The position numbers and the translations under genes were made by a program. Below, in pieces: positions 27,095 to 64,000 of a stretch of DNA of 64,000 bases. Source of the stretch: Zygnema circumcarinatum SAG 698-1b (Eukaryota > Plantae > Zygnematophyceae); assembly GCA_037447605.1 (NCBI GenBank), contig CM074813.1, positions 2,790,001 to 2,854,000 on the forward strand, read 5' to 3'. A model generated the notes under the pieces. The model was not told where the DNA came from and did no database searches. It saw nothing but the letters and a program-made list of their open reading frames with translations. Numbering within the stretch: position 1 is the stretch's first letter; each line of letters starts with the position of its first letter.

Positions 27095-28186
27095 ACTTTA
27101 AAGTGTAGAGCTGTAACATACGTCGAAGCTCAGATGTGATGTAACATGTACCAACATAACCAGCACCATTAAATAAGCGGTGGGTTGTCCTGATGAAGGG
27201 GAGAGACTGCGTATGGTTCAAGCAGGGTAGGAGTGGGTGGGAGGGGTTCTGTGGTTGATCAGAGAATCGTTCAAGCAGCAAACTTTGTGTCTTAGTATGG
27301 TCCTTTTGTAGGGTTCTAGTCAGACTTGTAATTGGTACGTCATCACTACGTATGGTGAATCTTTTCGTTATTCTCCTTGGAAGAAGTGAGAAAGACAATG
27401 CAGGCTGTACATTTGTTGACTAAGGGGACTGCTTCCTCCGTTGGGGGGGGTTCAATGGCACAAAACTGAACTGAAACTGGAACTGAGATATATGTTTTCA
27501 ACCCTGCTCTGGCCTTTTATGTCTATCGTTCACTCTCTCTCCCCCCACCCCTCTCACTCTTTCTCTCTCTTTTTTGCGGTAAAAGAATTCACGCTTTCGA
27601 TTTGTTGATGTGTACTTTCAGTGCAGGTGACAATAATACAGAAAATGTGATGCAAGGGCAACCTAAGTACCAAAAAAAAAATCATGATAATAATAAAATG
27701 TTTTCGACAGAAAATGTACAACAGTTTATTGAACTTGTCACAAATTAATGGAAGATGTAACCGATTTGAACACATATCGGAGGTCCTCACTACGTGCAAA
27801 ATATTTCGGCCATACCCACAAGCTGTGGATAAAAAAAAAAAAAAAAAAAAGAATAGATGCAGCGCTAGAAACTACAAGCAATTTAGTACACAGCTTCTCC
27901 AACTTACAGCAAGCCTTTGATAAGCATGTCACTCCCCTCCCTCCCCACCCCTCTCTCTCTCCTCCTACTCCTCTCCCAGGAACAAACCCATTATTCCAAA
28001 TTGGTGAGGAAAGGAAGGAGGAAAGGAGGGCGAATGAAGACTGGGAAGAAGTAGGAGTGGTAGGAAAAGGAGGCAGCGAGAGAGAAAGAATGAATAAAGC
28101 GAGAGAGATAGAGAGAGACAGAAAGAGAGAGAGCGTGAGTGAGAGGAAGAGGAAGCGAAGAGGAAGGAGATTTGAAGAGAGAGGCA

Positions 28187-28231
<45 letters not shown>

Positions 28232-28286
28232 CTGCCCATCCATAACACCTTTGAAACAACAAGCCGTTCCTCCTCCTCTTTTTGCC

Positions 28287-30848
28287 CTATGGTCTGTATC
28301 GGAAAGTTCGGTCTTTGCGACTCCGCAGAAGCTGAATGAGAGCCTGTGCTCCTGTCCTCCCTCGCTGTGCGCCCAACGAGAGGCGGACAAGTGGCAGCAT
28401 CACGCCCTCAGATAGCATAGCCTCCCCTGCTCCTGGAACGTATGTGGCCAGAGCCAACAGGCATGTGGCAGCATCCTCCATAGCGCGCCTAGAAGCACCT
28501 TCCAAGACGTCCGCAAGGATAGCGACACCTCCCTCCTCATATATAGCCACTCGCCCTTCGCTTACTTGCGCAAGCTTCGCCAATACAGCCACAGCCTTTT
28601 CCTCTAAGTCCACATCCAAAGCGAGACCAAGCAGGACCTTTACAGCTCCCACAGAAACGATCTCCCTCGCAGAGCCGGGATCGAGGGATAAATTAAACAG
28701 AGCAAGAGCAGCATCTTTTTTACCTCTCAAAGAAGAAATTTTGAGCACCTTCACAAGGCGTCTAACGCCACCCGCCAACCGAATAAGCACACATGCATCC
28801 TTGCTTGAAGAGAGGCAAAAAAGGGACGCTGCAGCGTTTTCCGAAATGGGGCAGCTTTCGTGCTCAAGAAGGTCAACTAAAGCATCAATTCCGCCGACTG
28901 TTATCACCTCCTCTCGGCACTTCTCCCCACTAAGAGAGAGGTTTAAAATCGTTGTAACTGCATTCTCTATTATCTCCACATCGTTGTGCTGCAGGAGAGC
29001 AACGAGAGGTTCAATCCCTCCTGCAGCAATAACTCTCATCTTGTTCTTCGGTTGATTCTTCACAAGATTCCGAAGTCTCCGAAGGGCTAATTTCCTCACC
29101 TCTCCTTTACTTTCTTGAATTGCGTCAACCAAACCTGAAATAATCTCCGCTTCATCTCCACCAAATACGACCCCTTCCCTTTCGGCAATATAGGGCTCTG
29201 CCTCCCCATTTGATGGCATAGAAACTGCTCTTGCAAGTGAAAAAGACCCATCTTTTGACATAGGCAGAGACAATGTTCTCACAAGCCCGGGTGATCTCCT
29301 TTTCTGAACTTCCGACAACTTCAACAGACAGTAAGCAGCATCTTCTTTTGCCCGAGCTGAACCTCTTTCTAAAACCTTCTGTAAAACAGAAGCTGCTTCC
29401 TTCTCATAGAGAGCGGCACAACCCTCACTCATACGACACAAATTACGCAAAGTTGCAGTAACTTTCTCCTCAAGAGCAGGATCAAGAGCCAAGCTTAGAA
29501 GCACATCTACTGCCCCTTCGTAAACTATGTCACCTGCACACACACCTTCTGCAGAAAGATTCATAAGCACTGTAGCTGCATCTTTCTTGCCCCTCAGAGA
29601 CCCCTCCTCCAACATAACAATTAGAGGTTTAATCGCTCCCGCAACCCAAATTAGGGTTTTGGCTTCCTCATCATGGCAGAGAGTGACCAGCACTGAAGTC
29701 GCTGCTTCAACAAGTGACGGCTGCTTCCCTCTCTCCATCACTTGCACCAAATTTTTGATCCCACCTGCACCCAAAATTTGGGATTGGCAGTTCTCTGTGA
29801 GAGCTAAGTTGAGAAGTGTCACGACTGCGTCCTCCACAATGCTGACGTCAGCTGACTTCAGCAATGCTACCAGTGGGGGTATCCCTCCTGCTTTCACTAC
29901 TTCGAATTTTTTCTCCGGAAGGTCCTTTACAACTTCCCGTAGAATATGAACAGCGGTTTTTTTCGACTCAGCATTATACTCCTGCAAGTTTTGCACAAGC
30001 ACAGCGATCATGTTGTCTCCTGCCACATCCCAAACTGTGGAAGAAGCTGAACTAGTCCCGGCTAAGTTCACACCACTCGATACTCTCGATTCAACTTCGC
30101 CGGAAGAAAATAGACTATCAGTCAAAGGATCGTCTATCCCAAATTCGCTGAACTCATCTGCTCCCCAAGAGAGAGTCCGCCCCCTTCTCGCTGTTGCATC
30201 ACTGTACTTAGAAAAAGTTGCAGTTTCAGTTACTCCACTGGCTGCTTTAAGAGTTACATCTGAATTTTCCACATTTGCCATTTCTTTCTTGAGTTGTCTG
30301 CTCAAATCCTGGTCGTTAAGTGTTCGACTCCTCGTTAAAAACCCTCCCCCTACTGCACAGCCCCCAATTCCCTGTAAGCGTCCCTCTACAACTACACCTG
30401 CTTTCCGGCGATTAGCAGGGGGCATCTTACTGCGACTGCAAGGAGAGGAGGAATTCATGTGTCTCATATTCTCCTCTGTATGAACGAAATTTGAAGGCCA
30501 AATGGGGCAAACTGGGCTTTTAGGTGCGAGCCTTATAGTGCTTTCGGAGGACTCGAACTCCCAAGAATTACTGCTCCCATTGCCGCCGTAACTGCTTTTG
30601 CTTTCCAACAAAGTGGAGCGCTTCTCGGATATTTTGGTGCTTTTTGACTTCTCCTGGCCACCCCAAAGAGGCGAACTTGGCCACCTCAGCGCTCTCTTAA
30701 GCTGCCACGTGGCTCCGCCTGCATCGACAGTTGACGTGGGGCTGATCGTCGGACTCGGAGTGCTTTCTGATGACGCACTCGTTCCACGTCGCGAGTCTCG
30801 AGGTCCACCTCCAACTCCCGCCCAATAATTTTCCGCTAGCTGCGACAT
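28287..30848 (-). CDS. Intronless armadillo-repeat protein with two tandem PUB-type ARM domains and no recognisable U-box; 853 aa
   Basis: Single long ORF; motifs AGGIPPLVALL...AVVTLLNL, GSLRGKKDAA and LEEK each occur twice; Ser-rich disordered N-terminus (~275 aa). Confidence 0.9.
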   Translation of the reverse strand: MSQLAENYWAGVGGGPRDSRRGTSASSESTPSPTISPTSTVDAGGATWQLKRALRWPSSPLWGGQEKSKSTKISEKRSTLLESKSSYGGNGSSNSWEFESSESTIRLAPKSPVCPIWPSNFVHTEENMRHMNSSSPCSRSKMPPANRRKAGVVVEGRLQGIGGCAVGGGFLTRSRTLNDQDLSRQLKKEMANVENSDVTLKAASGVTETATFSKYSDATARRGRTLSWGADEFSEFGIDDPLTDSLFSSGEVESRVSSGVNLAGTSSASSTVWDVAGDNMIAVLVQNLQEYNAESKKTAVHILREVVKDLPEKKFEVVKAGGIPPLVALLKSADVSIVEDAVVTLLNLALTENCQSQILGAGGIKNLVQVMERGKQPSLVEAATSVLVTLCHDEEAKTLIWVAGAIKPLIVMLEEGSLRGKKDAATVLMNLSAEGVCAGDIVYEGAVDVLLSLALDPALEEKVTATLRNLCRMSEGCAALYEKEAASVLQKVLERGSARAKEDAAYCLLKLSEVQKRRSPGLVRTLSLPMSKDGSFSLARAVSMPSNGEAEPYIAEREGVVFGGDEAEIISGLVDAIQESKGEVRKLALRRLRNLVKNQPKNKMRVIAAGGIEPLVALLQHNDVEIIENAVTTILNLSLSGEKCREEVITVGGIDALVDLLEHESCPISENAAASLFCLSSSKDACVLIRLAGGVRRLVKVLKISSLRGKKDAALALFNLSLDPGSAREIVSVGAVKVLLGLALDVDLEEKAVAVLAKLAQVSEGRVAIYEEGGVAILADVLEGASRRAMEDAATCLLALATYVPGAGEAMLSEGVMLPLVRLSLGAQRGRTGAQALIQLLRSRKDRTFRYRP

Positions 30849-31644
30849 TTCTAGTGAAAAGGAGAAATAAGAAACGAAAGAAGCTACGAGGATTATGAGG
30901 GGGAAATGGGAAGAGGGAGAGAGAGAGAGGGAGAGAGAGAGAGAGAGAGCGCTTCAGGAGGAGACGAGGTGAGCACTTGAGCTGCTAGAGTTAAGAATTA
31001 AAAACTTGTTAGCTGAATTAATTTGGCTTATAAATCTGGAAAAACTTCCTGCTCTGATAATCTTAATCCCAAGGTCCCATATCCTTTCTCTCACGACCTC
31101 GTAAAACCCATTTCCGAAAACAGACGAATTAGGAGACCCATCTCTTGAAAAGCGCAGTTAACAAAACCCATCTCCCATTCTTTCCAGCATCTGCTTTTTC
31201 CTCGTTCCCCTCCTCCTCCACCTCTTTCCTCCCGCCTATTCCTCCTTTCTCTCCCTCCTCCCCCTTCTCGTCCCCCCTCCTCCGTCGTCCTACCTCCCCT
31301 TCCTCCGTCCTCCTCTCTCCTCCCTCTATTCCTCCTCTCTCCTCCCCCTCCCCCTCCCCCTCCTCCTCCTCCTCCCCCTCGTCCTCTTTCCCCCTCCTCC
31401 CCCTCTTCCTCTCTCCCCCTCCTTCCCCTTCTTTCTCCCCCACTTCCGTCCCCTCTCGTTCCCCTCCTCCCCCTCCTCTCCCTCCCTCCCTCTCCCTCCA
31501 ATCTCTCCCCCTCCCTCTCTCCCCCTCTCTCTCCCTTCCCCCCCTCCCAGGAGCCCCCCCAGCAGAGCGCCCCCCCTCCCTGGCAGGTGCCCCCTCACCC
31601 CCGCCAAGTCCCTCCGCCACCCTCCCCCGCCGAAGGCCCGCCTC

Positions 31645-32370
31645 GTCCGTACACTTCCAGCCGTTGGTCACTTGGGCCGTTGCATCTTGTCGTTTCGAGA
31701 TTCATACCATAGAGGAAGCCGTACAATATTGTACACGCATGATTGTACGGTCGGCGCTCGTGGAAGGGAATTTGCAGCGGGGTCAAGCAAAAGCCAATCA
31801 GTAAGTGTCACGTGTAGAAATTGTACCACGTGTCGGAATGTGATTGGTCGGATTTGGGCCCACCTTTCTCCAAGTCGACAGACGATAGAGGCACAAGCAA
31901 ATTGACACGTGGTTTGTGCTAATTCGCCCGAATAGGATAGAACTGGCAATTATTCGATTTCTTTGGAGCGTTGAAGCATAGAACATGCACTGCTTAGAGA
32001 TGTTCCTCTTCGAGCACGCGACACGTGTCATGTATGGCGCCGACCAATTTCCCAAATACCCGGGGCTCCCCCGTTTGTCCCATGTGCGGAGCGTACGGAC
32101 GACATGTTGGCCGGCCGCCGGTCAAAGGGACACTTCCAGAAGCGCTGACCGCAATGATTGGGACCTGGAACTGTACGGATCTGTTCCGTAAGGACTGAGA
32201 CCGTACACAATTCGATACGATACATAGATGCAACATTAATATTGCGATACGATACACAGATATATCTTCAATATTCCGACTGGATGAAGAGATATATCTT
32301 AAATTATGCGATACGATATTTCAACATACGTCGACAGAGTACTGGCACTGTACGGTCGATCGCGGTACCG
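31645..32370. promoter_or_regulatory. Divergent promoter ARM/VPS13 with inverted CCAAT-N10-CACG pair (31794-31847), G-boxes and CGTAC motifs
   Basis: CCAAT-N10-CACGTG on + (31794-31814) and on - (31847-31827); further CACGTG at ~31906 and ~32022; about 11 GTAC cores. Confidence 0.55.
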
Positions 32371-32844
32371 TAAACATGCACTGCTAACAGAACTGCTGCT
32401 ACATGTGGAGCACTAGTTTCCCGTGGTGCTTGTTTAACGGTGAAGTTTGTTCCTGTCGTCGTCCCTTGCTCGTGTACGATGACATGGAACTGTGTTTCCG
32501 TCGTTCAACAGGTTCTGACATGTGTTGCGTGTGCCGATATCAGCAGAGGCGTGCCTAAATTGTTCGTACAAAATAAAGCCGTTCAACGAAGGATAGGGCC
32601 ACATCACCGCTTTGCCGGGGAGCCACTTTTAGGGTTTGCAAGCAGCGCCAGGTGGCGCCTCCTGAGAGTGTTAGCCGGAGCGGGCGAGCTCCATGCTCCT
32701 CCCTCCCCTCCTCCCTCTCTCTCCTCTCTCTCTCTCTCCCTCTCCCTCTCCTCCTCCCTCTCCGCACTCTCCTGTATCCCCTTCCCCCCTTGGCGTGGGG
32801 CAAGCAGTGGGGCCACAGCGGGTGGGCGGTAGGGGCACGGCAGG

Positions 32845-59585
<26,741 letters not shown>

Positions 59586-59869
59586 GGTTCCAGGGTGGTA
59601 GGGTAGTAGGGTTGTAGGGTTTAGGGTTTAGTAAAATGTGAGGAAGGTAGGTGGAAGGCATTTAGTAAGAAAAAAGTTAAATCCAAGATGGGTTGAAAAT
59701 AAGGAAAGTGTATAACGGCGATGGCATTGCGTTGCGATTTGTTGAACAAACCATCTCTTGTTGCAGTGCATGCATCGTCTTCTCATGCCACGCATTGTGG
59801 CGCAGCAACAACAGCAACATCAAACATTGAAAGCCCTAAAGTGCCCCAAAAAACTAATTAATACTGCGC

Positions 59870-60310
59870 GCTCATTGGCTCACCTACGGCACGAAATTTT
59901 AAGCCAGTCCGACCAATCCCAGTGGATATTCACACATCTAAAAAAAATATTGGCAGCCAATCACCATGCAGCATCCCACGCGCGAGGTATCCAGAACTGG
60001 ATCGTCCCACCGTCCTGCAACGCGTCCTCAACGCAGTCTCGAGAAGATACCGCACCGTCCCCACCTCCCCTTGCCGCCTCCTCTCGGAGAGCGCCACGTG
60101 TTGGTCCCTCCACAGCCTGCTCCCTCCCCACATGTGGCGCCCTCGCCACATGGCATCACGATCTATTGACACGTGGAGGTTTCACCACGTGGCACTTCTA
60201 GCTGCATGACACGTGGCGAGCTGCAGCAGGACGCCTAGGGTGTAGAGACGACAGCTACCCCCCCAGACCGCCGGAAACCCTAACCCTAAAATTTCTGAAC
60301 CCTAATTTTT
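59870..60310 (+). promoter_or_regulatory. GPT promoter region: CCAAT boxes, four CACGTG G-boxes and telo-box (AAACCCTA)
   Basis: CCAAT/ATTGG at ~59875-59961; CACGTG at ~60095, 60170, 60186 and 60210; AAACCCTAACCCTAAA at ~60275. Confidence 0.5.
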
Positions 60311-60385
60311 TCCAAGCAGCGCTGCATTCTGCCGCGTGTCATGCTGACAGACAAAGCTTGATCCAACCTCCTAACCCTAAAATCT

Positions 60386-63775
<3,390 letters not shown>

Positions 63776-64000
63776 GTGAGTTCTCTCTCTCTCTCTCTCT
63801 CTCGCTCTCTCGCTCTCGCTTTCTTACTCTCGATCTCTCACTTTCCCTCACTCTTTTTCTCTCTCTCCCTCTCTCTCTTTTCCCCCTCTCTCACTCACTC
63901 CCTTCCCCTTCCCCACTCCCTCGTCCTCCTTCATTCCCCACTCCCTCGCTCGTCCCTCCCCGCTTCTCTCTCTCTCACTCCCATTCTCTCCCTCTCGCCC

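Noticed and set aside
31079-31087. ATATCCTTT U12-type donor motif
   Set aside because: It lies on the + strand upstream of a minus-strand gene, with no matching exon context. GTATGC donors elsewhere, including APC11, lack the TCCTT consensus.
59870-60220. ERSE upstream of GPT, the tunicamycin target
   Set aside because: CCAAT and CACG are present but not at N9/N10 spacing

Overview
Gene-dense, intron-rich eukaryotic nuclear DNA from a streptophyte plant. The gene set (TBL, MFP1, SUVR3, VPS13X-type, Iojap), the G-rich splice acceptors and the pervasive (CT)n/(GA)n microsatellites suggest a streptophyte alga, but the species cannot be determined from the sequence. Ten protein-coding genes could be hand-spliced: a 5'-partial TBL O-acetyltransferase (+), APC11 (-), a SUVR3-type SET methyltransferase (+), MFP1 (-), thylakoid cyclophilin CYP26-2 (-), plastid Iojap/RsfS (+), an orphan hydrophobic-hairpin/ER-K-helix protein (+), an intronless double-ARM protein (-), a ~27 kb VPS13 (+) and a 3'-partial GPT/ALG7 (+). 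Also present: a 391-bp hAT/Ds-like MITE with an 8-bp TSD, a truncated duplicate of the APC11 last exon, kilobase (CT)n tracts and interstitial telomere-like repeats. Most notable observations: (1) APC11 only reads in frame, at the canonical 84 aa, if a single-nucleotide exon is spliced in, and candidate AG|A|GT sites are present; (2) an ABRE-driven orphan whose architecture suggests a one-chain lipid-droplet-to-membrane tether; (3) a recurring promoter grammar of inward-facing CCAAT-N10-CACG (ERSE-spaced) pairs plus CGTAC clusters at divergent promoters; (4) four tandem copies of one VPS13 splice acceptor. Exon boundaries were inferred by eye, and family assignments rest on recalled motifs; no database searches were run.
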